A DNA stretch of 64,000 nucleotides from Nannocystis bainbridge (GTDB taxonomy: Bacteria > Myxococcota_A > Polyangia > Nannocystales > Nannocystaceae): contig NZ_JAQNDL010000001.1 in the NCBI RefSeq assembly GCF_028368995.1, positions 3,776,001 through 3,840,000 on the forward strand. Direction: 5' to 3'. The stretch's first letter is position 1. Every line of letters starts with the position of its first letter. The notes beneath the pieces are model-generated. The model was given only the letters and a program-made list of their open reading frames with translations. It ran no database searches and had not been told where the DNA came from. Of the stretch, positions 51,210 to 61,375 are shown piece after piece. The translations under genes and the position numbers were made by a program.

Positions 51210-51475
51210 GCCTCTTCTTCAAGGCGCCGGCGCGCACACATCACCTGTCCTCTCGGACATTTGATTCGTCACCCCCGCGCGCGACTCCTCCATCCTCACA
51301 TGTCCTCGCGGACATCCCATCCGGAGGCCCCATGAGCCTCCCCTTCAAAGCGCCTGCTCGCGCAGCTCGCCTGTCCTCTCGGACATTTGATTCATCGCCC
51401 CCGTGCGCGACTCCTCCGCGCATGGCTCGCACATCTCACCTGTCCTCTCGGACATCTCATCAGGAGGCCCCATGA
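51206..51475 (+). CDS. Internally duplicated 89-aa linker ORF, translationally coupled at both ends
   Basis: ATGA overlaps at 51206 and 51472; two copies of MSL.FKAPAR...LSSRTFDSSPP. Confidence 0.4.
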   Translation: MSLFFKAPARTHHLSSRTFDSSPPRATPPSSHVLADIPSGGPMSLPFKAPARAARLSSRTFDSSPPCATPPRMARTSHLSSRTSHQEAP

Positions 51476-52797
51476 AGTCCGCCACGCGTCGGGGCCTCTC
51501 GCGTCGCGCCTTGCTGGCGGGCGGCGCCGTCGCCGTCGGTCTGCCCTTCCTCGACGTCATGCGCCCGCCTGCGCGCGCGGCCGGGCCCGTGCGGCCGCGG
51601 CGGCTCCTCTGTTACTTCGTGCCCAACGGTGTGCGCGGCGACGCCTGGTTCCCCGCGTCCGACCCGGTGCTGCAGCTCTCGCCCTCGCTGGCCGCCCTCG
51701 CCCCGGTCAAGGAGCGCGTCATCGTCTTCTCCGGCCTCGCCAACGCCCCTGGTTTGCCCGAGCTGCCGGGCTCGCACGCCTCGGGCACGGCCGCCTTCCT
51801 CACCGCTCGCAAGGCGCGGCGCTCCGAGGTCGATCTGCACGTCGGCGTCTCGCTCGACCAGCGATACGCCGCCGCGATCGCCGGCGCCACCCCGCTCGAC
51901 TCGCTGCAGCTCGGGTGCGAGGGCGGCGGCTCCTTCGGCGCCTGCGACATCGGCTTCGCCTGCGCTTATCACCGATCGATCTCCTGGTCCTCGTCCACCA
52001 CCCCGCTGCCCAAGCTCACCTCGCCGCGGCTCGCCTTCGACCTCCTCCTCGCCGGCGACGATCCCGGCGCCAGCGCGGCCGCGCGGGCCCGGCGGCGGGC
52101 CCAGCGGCGCTCCGTGCTCGACGTCGTGCTCGCCGACATTCATGACCTCGAGGGCGACCTCGGCGTCGGCGATCGCGTCCGTCTGGACGCCTACCTCGCG
52201 GGCTTGCGCGCGCTCGAGCGCCAGGTCGACGCCCCCGCTGGCGCCTGTCCGGCCGCCAGCCCGCCCGGCGAGCCCGCCGATTTCCTCGCCCACCTCGACC
52301 TCATGAACGAGCTGATGGTGCTCGCGTTCGCCTGCGACCGCACGCGCGTCCTCACCTTCATGCTCGGCAACGCCGCCAGCAACCGCGCCTTCCCCTTCCT
52401 CGGCGTCGAGGGTGGCCACCACGACCTCTCGCATCACGCCGGCGACGCCAGCAAGATCGCCGGCCTGCGCCAGGTCGACGCCTGGCAAGCGGCCCAGTTC
52501 GCGCGCCTGCTGCAGCGGCTCGCCGACACCCCCGACGGCGACGGCGACCTGCTGCGCTCGACCATCGTCCTGCTCGGCAGCGACGTCGGCGACGGCAACA
52601 GCCACTCCCACCACGACCTGCCGGTCCTGCTGGCCGGCGGCGACGACCTGTGGGGTGGCGGCCGTCACCTGGCCTATGAGACAGGCACCCCGCTGGCGCG
52701 CCTCTACGTCTCGCTCCTCCAGGCCCTCGGCCTGCCCGACACCCGCTTCGGCGAGGACGGCGACGGCCCGTTGACCGGCCTGCGCCTCGACGCCTGA
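51472..52797 (+). CDS. DUF1552 (HXXSHH) family protein with Tat-like signal
   Basis: LSRRALLAGG..VGLPFLD, PNG, SLDQ, HHDLSHH; GGAGG RBS. Confidence 0.9.
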   Translation: MKSATRRGLSRRALLAGGAVAVGLPFLDVMRPPARAAGPVRPRRLLCYFVPNGVRGDAWFPASDPVLQLSPSLAALAPVKERVIVFSGLANAPGLPELPGSHASGTAAFLTARKARRSEVDLHVGVSLDQRYAAAIAGATPLDSLQLGCEGGGSFGACDIGFACAYHRSISWSSSTTPLPKLTSPRLAFDLLLAGDDPGASAAARARRRAQRRSVLDVVLADIHDLEGDLGVGDRVRLDAYLAGLRALERQVDAPAGACPAASPPGEPADFLAHLDLMNELMVLAFACDRTRVLTFMLGNAASNRAFPFLGVEGGHHDLSHHAGDASKIAGLRQVDAWQAAQFARLLQRLADTPDGDGDLLRSTIVLLGSDVGDGNSHSHHDLPVLLAGGDDLWGGGRHLAYETGTPLARLYVSLLQALGLPDTRFGEDGDGPLTGLRLDA

Positions 52798-52814
52798 CGG
52801 GTTCGCCAGGAGAT

Positions 52815-52856
52815 GTGTCCACAGAACATGTCCTCGAGGACATGTCTACTGGGACA
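52815..52856. repeat. Three-unit TGTC-N6-GACA array
   Basis: AACA TGTC CTCGAG GACA TGTC TACTGG GACA. Confidence 0.85.
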
Positions 52857-53014
52857 CCAAATAAGACAACCTCCGGAGTCGCGCCCACGACCTCGACGGC
52901 TGCGCTCACAAACACCAACCTCATGACCTACGGAGTCGCCCTCGACCTCGACGGTCACCTCCTAAGACACCGACCCGACGCTCTCCGGGACGCCACCCCC
53001 CTCGGCGCCTGCGC

Positions 53015-55348
53015 TCACGGCTTCGTCTGCTTCACGGCCTTCTTCTTCTTCGGCCCCTGCTTCTCCGCCAGCAGCGAGTCCATCCTCGCTGGCGGCACCA
53101 CCAGCCACCAGCGCTGCTCCACCTCGTCGAGCAGCACCAGCCCTTCCTTCGAGGAGTAGCCCAGCGACACCTTGAAGTCGCCTTGCTCGACCACCCCCCA
53201 GCGACCGAGCGGTACCCGCCCGCGGAACTCGTTCGCCTCTTCCTCGCGCTTCGCGGTCGCGAACTCCTCGCGCGTCACCGCCACGTCGCCGTGGCCCGCC
53301 TCCGCCAGCGCCACCAGCCACGCGCGCGCCTGCAGCCGCAGGCTCGAGGTGCCCGCACCTGCGGCCACGCTCGCGAACAGCTCCGGCAGGCCCTCGAGGC
53401 TCTGCATGCGGAACGCCAGCGCCCCCGCGTTGAGGCGGGCGGCCAGCTCGTCCCCGTCGGCCGCCGCCGCGCGCTCGAGGATCGTCATCGCCGCCGGCAG
53501 GTCGCCCGAGAAGGCCACCACCAGCGCCGCGTTGTTCAGCGCCAGCGCCCGATCTTTCCCGGTCTTGCGCTCGGCCAGCGCCGTGAACCCGTCGAACGCT
53601 CGCTGCAGCAACGCCTTCTCGCCCTCGCGGCCCGCGATCGCGTCCACCGTCGCGTTGAAGAACGCCGCCGCGTCGGCATCGACCCCGCTCGGCAGGCTCT
53701 TCACCGACTTCACCGCCGTCAGCAGCAGCTCCTCGTCCTCCCACGCCAGCGCCCCCGCCAGCTGCGCGCGGGCCTGCTGCAGCCGCAGATCCGGATCCTC
53801 CTGCAGCGTCGCCGGCAGCGGCGCGCTCGCCAGCAGCCGGACCTTGCGCGGATCGGCGAGCAGCCGCGTGCTCGAGAACACCAGCCGCCACGCGTCGCGC
53901 GACTCCGGGAACTTGCGCGTCAGCGCCAGCGCCTGCTCGGGCAGCTTGCGCAGCAGCGCCAGCGCCGGCGCGCGCTGCTTGGCCACGAACTTCGGCATCG
54001 CCTCGCGCGTCAGCGTGAACAACAGCTCGAGCACCGCCGCGCGCGCCGGGTCGTGAGCGCGGAAGCCGTGGACCAGCGCCATCAGCTCCGCCAGCTGCGC
54101 GTCGAGGTTCGGCGGCGGTGCCTCGGGCGCGCGCGTCATCTGGGTGGCGAGCTCGCCGATCATCACCAGCGGCACCGTACCGAGCGCGACCTCGTAGTAG
54201 AGCCGGTCGTGATTGGCCAGCTCGCGGGCCGCGCGGACGTGGCGGGTCGCGATCGCCAGATCGAAGTTGCGCTGCAGCGCCACCACTGCCAGCCCCGTCA
54301 GCGGGCGCGCGTCGCTCGGGTGCGCCGTCGCCATCGCCTTGAACGTCGCCTCCGCGTCGCCCAGGCGGTTCAGCTTCAGCAGCAGGTGCCCGCGCTCGAG
54401 CTGCAGCGTCAGCTCTGGCGTTTGCCCGATCTCCGCCACGCGTCGCACCAGCGTCGCTGTCGCGTCGAGATCCGCCAGTCGCTTGGCGAACGCCGCCGCC
54501 TTGGCCTCGCCGGCCTCCTCGGGCCCGCGCGCCGCCGCCAGCGCGCGCGCCTCCTCGGCGCACGCGAGGTCGAGCGCCGTCAGGCACGACCCCGTCAGCT
54601 CCGCGTAGTCGCCCCCGGTCGCGCGCGCGCCCTTGCGCTGCACCGCCAGCCGGCGCAGCGCCACCGCCTCCGCGAACTGTTCGGCCTCTCGCTTCGCCTG
54701 GCTCGCGCGCACCAGCACCTCCGGCACCGTCGGGTGACGCGGGTGCTCGCGCAGCAGTCGCGCCGTCACGTGCATGTGCAGCGAAGGCGCCCGCTCGACC
54801 GCCCGGCCCGCCGCCGCCAGCGCCTCCTCGATCTGCTGCGCCTCGAGCTGGGCCTCCTTGCGCGCCGTAGCGATCGCCAGCTCGAGCAGCTGACCGAACA
54901 GCGCGCTGCGCTGGAACAGCCGCAGGCTGTCGACCACCCCGTACGCCTTCGTCAGCGCCGCCAGCAGCTCTGGATCGTCGCTGCCGGCCACCACCGCGCG
55001 CTCCGCCAGGATCAGCCCGCGCGCGAACAGCAGCGCCGTCTGCATCATCGATCCGGCGTCGCGCGTATCGAGCTTGTCCCACGCCGCGATCGCCTCGCGC
55101 GCCTCGGCGATCCGCTTCGGCGACTTCGGGTCGCCGGTCAGCGACGACTCGACCCTGGCCTTGAGCCACGGCGGCAGCACCTCGTGCAGCGGCGGCTGCG
55201 GCCCCGGGTCGAGCTTCGCGGCCACCGCCTCGAGCTCCGGGTCGCCCGCCTGCGCCGGCGCCGTCGCGCGCGCCTCGGGCTTCGTCGTCGCCGTGGAGGC
55301 CGGCCTGCACCCGGCCGCGAAAATCACCACGAGCGCGAGTCGTCGCAT
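53015..55348 (-). CDS. TPR-rich helical lipoprotein
   Basis: MRRLALVVIFAAGC lipobox; TPR-like ERGHLLLKLNRLGDAEATF; true start 55348 lies inside the longer track ORF. Confidence 0.7.
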   Translation of the reverse strand: MRRLALVVIFAAGCRPASTATTKPEARATAPAQAGDPELEAVAAKLDPGPQPPLHEVLPPWLKARVESSLTGDPKSPKRIAEAREAIAAWDKLDTRDAGSMMQTALLFARGLILAERAVVAGSDDPELLAALTKAYGVVDSLRLFQRSALFGQLLELAIATARKEAQLEAQQIEEALAAAGRAVERAPSLHMHVTARLLREHPRHPTVPEVLVRASQAKREAEQFAEAVALRRLAVQRKGARATGGDYAELTGSCLTALDLACAEEARALAAARGPEEAGEAKAAAFAKRLADLDATATLVRRVAEIGQTPELTLQLERGHLLLKLNRLGDAEATFKAMATAHPSDARPLTGLAVVALQRNFDLAIATRHVRAARELANHDRLYYEVALGTVPLVMIGELATQMTRAPEAPPPNLDAQLAELMALVHGFRAHDPARAAVLELLFTLTREAMPKFVAKQRAPALALLRKLPEQALALTRKFPESRDAWRLVFSSTRLLADPRKVRLLASAPLPATLQEDPDLRLQQARAQLAGALAWEDEELLLTAVKSVKSLPSGVDADAAAFFNATVDAIAGREGEKALLQRAFDGFTALAERKTGKDRALALNNAALVVAFSGDLPAAMTILERAAAADGDELAARLNAGALAFRMQSLEGLPELFASVAAGAGTSSLRLQARAWLVALAEAGHGDVAVTREEFATAKREEEANEFRGRVPLGRWGVVEQGDFKVSLGYSSKEGLVLLDEVEQRWWLVVPPARMDSLLAEKQGPKKKKAVKQTKP

Positions 55349-55359
55349 CGGCCGCCAGC

Positions 55360-56550
55360 TTACCGCGAGCCGCGCAGCGCCGTCTCGACCGCCGGATCGC
55401 GCCAGCCGACCGCCAGCCACAGCGCGGCCGCGAGCGCGAACGCGGCCGCGAGCGCGAAGGCCCACTGCAGCCCGAACTCTGCCGCGTGGCCGGCCGCGCC
55501 CGAGCCGACGAACCGCGCCGCCCCGTAGCACAGCGCCGCGTACAGCCCCTGCACCGAGTTGCGGAAGTCCGGCGTCGCCTTGTGGTCGAGCACCATCGGC
55601 GGCAGCAGATACAGGCTCATCACCACCGGCCCGTGCAGCACCTGCGTCGCCAGCACCGTCGTCGGCGTCGCCTCCACCGCCAGCAGCGCCATCCTCACCG
55701 TCATGCACCCCGCCCCGAACAGCATCAACGAGCGCACGCTCGTGCGGCGCAGGATCGCCGGCGCCAAAAAGATCCACGGCAGCTCGAACAGCACCCCGAG
55801 GTTCGACACCAGACCCACCCACGACGGATCGATCCCCACCTCGACCACCAGCCGCGGGTAGAACGCATAGAACACGCTGATCGACGCGAACAGCAGCACC
55901 AGCGGCCCGACCAGCGCGAACGTCGGCGGCCGGCGCAGCTCGGCCCACGCCGCCGCCGTCGGCACCGCCGTCGCGCTGCGTGGCTCCGGCACCACCCGCG
56001 GCAGCAGCGGCGCGCACAGCACCGCCAGCGCCGCCGCGGCCGCGCCCGTCAGCATCGCCGCGCGCCCGCCCGCGAGGCCCGAGTGCATCAACGCGAACAG
56101 CACGAACGCCGGCGCCATGAAGCCGAGGCTGCCCCACACCCGCAGCGCCCCGTAGTTCGGCGGTGTCGCGCCCGAAGTGCGCGCGCGCGCCATCTCGGTG
56201 AACGCCAGCGCGTCGAGCAGCGGCGTCATTGGCGTATAGGCCAGCCCGAACGCCGCCGACAGCAGCAGCGCCGCCGCGAACTCCTCGGCCCACGCGAACG
56301 CCAGCAGCACCGCGCACGACAGCGCGTAACCGACGGCCACCAGCGTGCGCCCCGGGACCTTGCGGTCGGCGAGGGCCGCCACTGCCGGCGGCGCGACCAG
56401 GACGGCGAGCCCGTAAGCCCCGGTGATCCAGCCGATCTGGCTGTCCGGTAACTTCAGGTCATGTCCCAAGAATACTGGCACATAGGGCAGGTACGCCCCG
56501 ACCACCGCATACAGCAGGAAGTAGTGGAGCTTGAAGCCCGCCGTGCGCAT
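55360..56550 (-). CDS. MFS transporter (LacY/HcaT/MFS_1-like)
   Basis: 12 TM pattern, ALADRK motif A, NYGALRVWGSLGF. Confidence 0.88.
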   Translation of the reverse strand: MRTAGFKLHYFLLYAVVGAYLPYVPVFLGHDLKLPDSQIGWITGAYGLAVLVAPPAVAALADRKVPGRTLVAVGYALSCAVLLAFAWAEEFAAALLLSAAFGLAYTPMTPLLDALAFTEMARARTSGATPPNYGALRVWGSLGFMAPAFVLFALMHSGLAGGRAAMLTGAAAAALAVLCAPLLPRVVPEPRSATAVPTAAAWAELRRPPTFALVGPLVLLFASISVFYAFYPRLVVEVGIDPSWVGLVSNLGVLFELPWIFLAPAILRRTSVRSLMLFGAGCMTVRMALLAVEATPTTVLATQVLHGPVVMSLYLLPPMVLDHKATPDFRNSVQGLYAALCYGAARFVGSGAAGHAAEFGLQWAFALAAAFALAAALWLAVGWRDPAVETALRGSR

Positions 56551-56555
56551 GCGGC

Positions 56556-57092
56556 TCAGCGGAACACGTGCTCGCGGTAGAACCGGAGCTCGGCGATCGA
56601 CTCGCGGATGTCGTCGAGCGCGCGGTGGGTCTCGCGCTTGGTCGGCGCGCTGACGGTCGGGTACCAGCGGCGGACCAGCTCCTTGATCGACGACACGTCG
56701 ATGTTGCGGTAGCTGAGGTGGCCGGTGAGCGCCGGCATGTAGCGGATCAGGAACCGGCGGTCGTGGCCGATCGAGTTGCCGCACAGCGGCGACTTGCCGG
56801 CCGGGCAGTGGCGGCGGACCAGCTCGAGCACCTGCGCCTCGGCCTCGGCCAGCGACACCGGCGACGCCTTGACCGCCGCCGTCAGCCCGCTGTTGCCGTG
56901 CTGGCGCGTGCACCACTCGTCCATCGCGTCGAGCACCGCGTCGGGCTGGTGGACCACCAGGTCGGGGCCCTCGGCGACGACGTTGAGGTCGCCGTCGGTG
57001 ATGATCGCCGCGATCTCGAGGATCTGGCAGTGGTCGGGGTCGAGGCCCGACATCTCGAGGTCGATCCACACGAGCGGCGGCGCGGCGTCCAT
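56556..57092 (-). CDS. orn: Oligoribonuclease
   Basis: WIDLEMSGLD, LCGNSI..DRRFL, YRNIDVSSIKEL, HRALDDIRESI. Confidence 0.96.
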   Translation of the reverse strand: MDAAPPLVWIDLEMSGLDPDHCQILEIAAIITDGDLNVVAEGPDLVVHQPDAVLDAMDEWCTRQHGNSGLTAAVKASPVSLAEAEAQVLELVRRHCPAGKSPLCGNSIGHDRRFLIRYMPALTGHLSYRNIDVSSIKELVRRWYPTVSAPTKRETHRALDDIRESIAELRFYREHVFR

Positions 57093-57107
57093 GGCCGCGC
57101 GATCCTA

Positions 57108-58850
57108 CTACGGCTCTTGCAGCGCCGCGAGCACCTGACCGATCTCCGTCAGCTCCGGATCGCCGGGCAGCGCCTTCTTCGCCGCCTCGAGTCGCTCCCA
57201 CGCGCGGTCGATCGCGCCGACGTCGCCGGCGTCGTACTGGATCGTGCGCAGCGCCGCCGCGTAGGCCAGCACCGCCTCGCCCTTCTCCAGCCAGCCCGTC
57301 TCGCCGGACAACAGCTGGGTCAGCTTCCACTCGGCGCTGGTCTGCTTGGCCTCGCCCGTGAGCGCGTCGACCCAGAGGATCTCGACCTGCACCACCCCTT
57401 GCGGGTCGAGCTCGTCGACGCACGGCCGCAGGCGGCGGTGGATCACCGAGTTGTCGGTCGGCGCCGCGGTCACGTGGTCCTGGCCGAGCACCTGCGCCTC
57501 GTCCGGCACGTCGGCCACCAGCTCGAGGCCCGGCGGCAGCGTCACGCGGACATCGACCGCCGAGGCCGTCAACCCGACCAGGCTGAGGAAGCGCTGGCCG
57601 AGCTGGGTCTCGGCCGCGCCGCCGCTGCCGACGTAGATCGAAGGGCCCGCGCCGGCCACCCCGATCGCGTCGATGAGGCCGCTGCGGTAGAGGCCCGGGT
57701 CGCCGACGCCGACGCCGATCGCGTGCACGCCGGTCTTGTTGGCGACGTCGCCGGCCCGCTTGGCCATCTGCTCGAGGTCGTCCTGGGTCGCGGTCGCGCC
57801 GCCGTCGCTGACGAGGATCAGGCGGTTGATGTCCTTCGGGACATACGCCTTGTCGGCCTGCGCGTAGCCGGCGGTCAGCGCCTGCGTCAGCTCGGCCGAG
57901 CCGCCGACGGTGAACCCGTCGATCGCCGCCAGCAGCTCCTTGTCGTGCGGGCCGGACACCATCTTCACCGGCAAGAGCGGCGCGTCGGCCTCGTTCCAGC
58001 TGACCACCGCCACCGTGTCGCCCGCGCGCAGCTTGCCGGCCAGCACGTGGCCGGACTGCTTCAGCAGCTCCAGCGCCTTGCCCTCCATCGAGCCCGAGTT
58101 GTCGAGCGCCAGCGTCAGGTGGACCGGCGGGCGGTCGGCCTCGGCCAGCTCGGGGCCGCGGATCGCCACCTGCAGCTCGTAGAGGTCGCCGAGGTCATCC
58201 TGGCTCGCGCGCAGCTGCGCCCCCGCGAGCAGCTGCCCCGGCGACGCCGCCGGATAGGCGAACGTGTAGTAGTTGAGGAATTCCCACGGGCGGATCGACA
58301 CGCTCGTCAGCGACGGCCACTGCCCGAGCATCGCCTCGCGCGCGTGGGCCGGCGACGACATCGCGTCGGGGTCGCGCGCCGCCAGCCGCCACCCCGTGGT
58401 CTGGTCACCCGCGCACACCACGTCTTCGGGGACGTTCTGCGGGTCCTTCTCGTCGATCGGAGCCGGCTCGTCCGAGGGCGGCGCTGGCAGCTCGCTGGTG
58501 CCCGAGGTCGAAGCGCCGCCGGTCTCGTCGTTGCCGGTGGTGACCGCCCCGTCGGACGCCGCCGTCGTGCCCTCGCCGCTCGATTCGCCCTGCGAGGCCG
58601 ACAGCCCGGAGGCGAAGCCACCGAAGCCGTCGGTGTCGGTGTCGCCGTCCTGAGCGCCGCCGACGTTGGCCGCCGACGAGCACCCGGCCGCCAGCACCGT
58701 CAGCGCCAGGCTCCACGGCCCCAGCAGCGCGCCGGGGTGGGACCACCGGGGCCGCGCGCGCGGCTCGTTTTCGGGGCGAACTGCGTCCGCGGGGCTGGCG
58801 GCAGCAGGGGTTGACGGACACACGGGGGGGGACCCGCGAAGAGAGGACAT
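57108..58850 (-). CDS. vWA-domain (YfbK-like) lipoprotein
   Basis: LAAGC lipobox, IRPWEFLNY, MIDAS DNSGSM, LVSDG. Confidence 0.85.
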   Translation of the reverse strand: MSSLRGSPPVCPSTPAAASPADAVRPENEPRARPRWSHPGALLGPWSLALTVLAAGCSSAANVGGAQDGDTDTDGFGGFASGLSASQGESSGEGTTAASDGAVTTGNDETGGASTSGTSELPAPPSDEPAPIDEKDPQNVPEDVVCAGDQTTGWRLAARDPDAMSSPAHAREAMLGQWPSLTSVSIRPWEFLNYYTFAYPAASPGQLLAGAQLRASQDDLGDLYELQVAIRGPELAEADRPPVHLTLALDNSGSMEGKALELLKQSGHVLAGKLRAGDTVAVVSWNEADAPLLPVKMVSGPHDKELLAAIDGFTVGGSAELTQALTAGYAQADKAYVPKDINRLILVSDGGATATQDDLEQMAKRAGDVANKTGVHAIGVGVGDPGLYRSGLIDAIGVAGAGPSIYVGSGGAAETQLGQRFLSLVGLTASAVDVRVTLPPGLELVADVPDEAQVLGQDHVTAAPTDNSVIHRRLRPCVDELDPQGVVQVEILWVDALTGEAKQTSAEWKLTQLLSGETGWLEKGEAVLAYAAALRTIQYDAGDVGAIDRAWERLEAAKKALPGDPELTEIGQVLAALQEP

Positions 58851-59051
58851 GGCGACCTCAGACAAGGAGTAATTCAGTGGGTCGGGCCGAAGCCCGCGGC
58901 CTGGAGGCCCGCCCGAAGCCCGCACGGGGCCCGGAGCGCAAAGTCGGGACGCAAGAGGCCGAACTCGGCCCGACATCAGTATATCGGGCCTCGCCGCGGC
59001 GCGCCAACCGGCGGCGGCGACCGGGCCCTCCCCGGCGAGCGCAGACCGGCG

Positions 59052-60314
59052 TCAAGTCGCGGGCGGCCCGAGCACCCGGTCGAGGGCGGCGCGGATCCAT
59101 GCGATGTGATCGTAGTCGGAGCGGCCGCTGATGGCCTGCGGCGCCACGACCCGCGCCACCACGTGGCCGGGGGAGTCATGCGCTTCGGCCGGGCGCTCCA
59201 CGAGGTGGATCTCCACCTCCTCCGGACACCCGCTGCACCGCGGCAACGCTACCTGACCGCCGTAAGCGTCGACGCAGTCGCGATAGTGCAGCCCGATGAC
59301 CTCCGGGGCTTCGACGGCGAAGCCCGAGCGGTCGAATTCCCCCAGCCGCACCATCACCAGGCCGAGCCCGTGCAGGAAGTATGTCGCCTGCTGCAGCGCC
59401 GGCAGGTCGCGCACCAGCCCGTCGAGCTCGAGGTCGACGCTGCCGAAGCGCCGCATCCCGCGGGTCGTGAGGCGCACCGCTTCGGGCTGGCGCGGGTCGA
59501 CGAACGGGACCACCGCCACCTGGTCGGCGACGTTGCCGAGGCTGGCCTGCAGCCGGCGCGCAGCGAACGCCGCCGGCCCGAAGGTCTCGAGCGTGTCGGG
59601 GTCGTGCACCAGCGCGCCGGTGTCGGCCGCCACCGCCCGCACCAGCGCCTGCAGCAGGCGCAGCCCGCGGACCGCGTTCTGGTTGCGGTAGAGCGCGCGC
59701 ACCATCACCAGCTGGGTGCGCTCGGGCAGGCTGGCCCGCTCCTCGGGCTCGAGCGCCCGCGTCAGCTCGGGGTCGGCCAGCAGCTTGGGCTCGACCGCCG
59801 CGGCCGGCAGCGCGTCGATCTCGAGGCCCAGCAGGTCGGACGTGGCCCACACCCGGGCCGCCGCCTCGGGGTCGAGCGGCGGCTCGTCGGCCCTGGCCTG
59901 CGGGGCAGCCTGCCCCGGCCCGTGCAGCGCGCTCAGGTCCGCGCGCGGCGGCGTCGCCACCAGGTCGAGCAGCAGCTCGACCTCCGGGTCGCCCACGCTC
60001 TCGGCGAACATCCGGCGCACGATCGCCTGCAGCTCCTCGCGCGTCGGGGCCGGCCCGGGCGGTCCGGGTAGCAGCAGCACGTACCCGAAGGAGATCCGGT
60101 CGGCGAACACCACCCGGTGGGCGGCGGCCTCGGCCCGGCGCGCCTCCTCGGCCGCCAGCTCCGCGGGCGTCGGCTCGGGCGGCGGCGCCTCCTTCGTCGG
60201 GCTCGGCGCCGGCTGCTCGGGCGCCGTCGCGCTCGGCCGCGCCTGCTCGGCCGGGCGCCCGCAGGCCAGCCCGTACACCAGGACATGTCCCAACAGACAT
60301 GTCCGATTAAGCAT
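59052..60314 (-). CDS. Hypothetical lipoprotein
   Basis: GLAC lipobox, Pro-rich linker, TTRGMRRFGSVDLEL; start 60314 or 60338. Confidence 0.65.
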   Translation of the reverse strand: MLNRTCLLGHVLVYGLACGRPAEQARPSATAPEQPAPSPTKEAPPPEPTPAELAAEEARRAEAAAHRVVFADRISFGYVLLLPGPPGPAPTREELQAIVRRMFAESVGDPEVELLLDLVATPPRADLSALHGPGQAAPQARADEPPLDPEAAARVWATSDLLGLEIDALPAAAVEPKLLADPELTRALEPEERASLPERTQLVMVRALYRNQNAVRGLRLLQALVRAVAADTGALVHDPDTLETFGPAAFAARRLQASLGNVADQVAVVPFVDPRQPEAVRLTTRGMRRFGSVDLELDGLVRDLPALQQATYFLHGLGLVMVRLGEFDRSGFAVEAPEVIGLHYRDCVDAYGGQVALPRCSGCPEEVEIHLVERPAEAHDSPGHVVARVVAPQAISGRSDYDHIAWIRAALDRVLGPPAT

Positions 60315-60356
60315 TGTCCTTCGAGCCATGTCCTTCATGACCTGTCCCGAAGTTCA
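60272..60356. repeat. Six-unit TGTC-N6-GACA array overlapping a gene start
   Basis: GACA TGTC CCAACA GACA TGTC CGATTA AGCA T TGTC CTTCGA GCCA TGTC CTTCAT GACC TGTC. Confidence 0.85.
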
Positions 60357-61319
60357 CACCGATCCCGCGTGGCGGGTCAGCAGCGCCGCGACCCGATCGG
60401 GCTCGACGTTGCCGCCCGACAGCAAGATCCCGACCCGACGCCCGCGCAGCGCCCCCGACAGCGTCGCCGCCACCGCGGCCGCGCCCGACGGCTCGACCAG
60501 CACCTTGGCGTGCAGCAGCACCGCCACCAGCGCTCGCCCGAGCGCCTCGTCGTCGACCTCGAAGCTGCCGCGGACCACCCGGCGGGCGATCTCGAAGTTG
60601 TGCGCGCCGACGCGGACCGGCTTCAGCCCGTCGGCCAGGGTCGGCCCCGGCGGCACGCCCACGCGCTCGCCGGCGGCCAGGCTCCGGGCCAGCGCGTTGC
60701 AGGTCCCGGGCTCGGCGCCGTAGACCGCGATGTCGGCCGCCTCGGCGACCAGGCAGGCCCCGGCGATCAGGCCCCCGCCGCCGACCGGCGCCACGATCGC
60801 GTCGAGCTTCGACCCGTGGGCCGCGACCTCCTCGACCAGCTCGAGGGTCGCCGTGCCCTGGCCGGCGATGACGTCGGGGTCGTCGAACGGCTCGACGATC
60901 GCCCCGCCGGTCCGCGCCTGGACCGCGAGCGCCGCCGCGCGCCGCTCCTCCGAAGTCGTCCCGGCGAACACGATCTCGGCCCCGAGCGCGCGCACGCCCG
61001 CGACCTTGACCGCCGGCGCGTCGGTCGGCATGGCGATCGTCGCCGGCACCCCGAACTCGCGCGCTGCCAGGGCCACCGCCTGCGCGTGGTTGCCGGAGCT
61101 GTAGGTGATCACGCCGCGGTCGCGGGCCGCCGGGCTCAGGCGCCCGACCGCGTGCAACGCCCCGCGCGCCTTGAACGCCCCGACCCGCTGCAGGCACTCG
61201 GCCTTGAGCCACAGCTCGGCCCCGGCCAGCGCGTCGAGGGCCGGCGAGCGGAGCACCGGTGTCCTCACGACCTTCCCGGCGAGGCGCTCGGCCGCGGCGC
61301 GCACGTCATCGACGGACAT
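60354..61319 (-). CDS. PLP-dependent threonine/serine dehydratase or racemase (fold type II, no ACT domain)
   Basis: [38 protein letters not shown]. Confidence 0.9.
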   Translation of the reverse strand: MSVDDVRAAAERLAGKVVRTPVLRSPALDALAGAELWLKAECLQRVGAFKARGALHAVGRLSPAARDRGVITYSSGNHAQAVALAAREFGVPATIAMPTDAPAVKVAGVRALGAEIVFAGTTSEERRAAALAVQARTGGAIVEPFDDPDVIAGQGTATLELVEEVAAHGSKLDAIVAPVGGGGLIAGACLVAEAADIAVYGAEPGTCNALARSLAAGERVGVPPGPTLADGLKPVRVGAHNFEIARRVVRGSFEVDDEALGRALVAVLLHAKVLVEPSGAAAVAATLSGALRGRRVGILLSGGNVEPDRVAALLTRHAGSV

Positions 61320-61375
61320 CGTCACGCACGCCAGGCTACACCCGCGGCCGCGGCTTTGGTACGACTCTCCCGCTC

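Noticed and set aside
58925-58975. c-di-GMP-I (GEMM) riboswitch-like GGGACGCAA
   Set aside because: It lies on the + strand, opposite to the downstream vWA gene, and lacks the GGCAAA/GAAA elements
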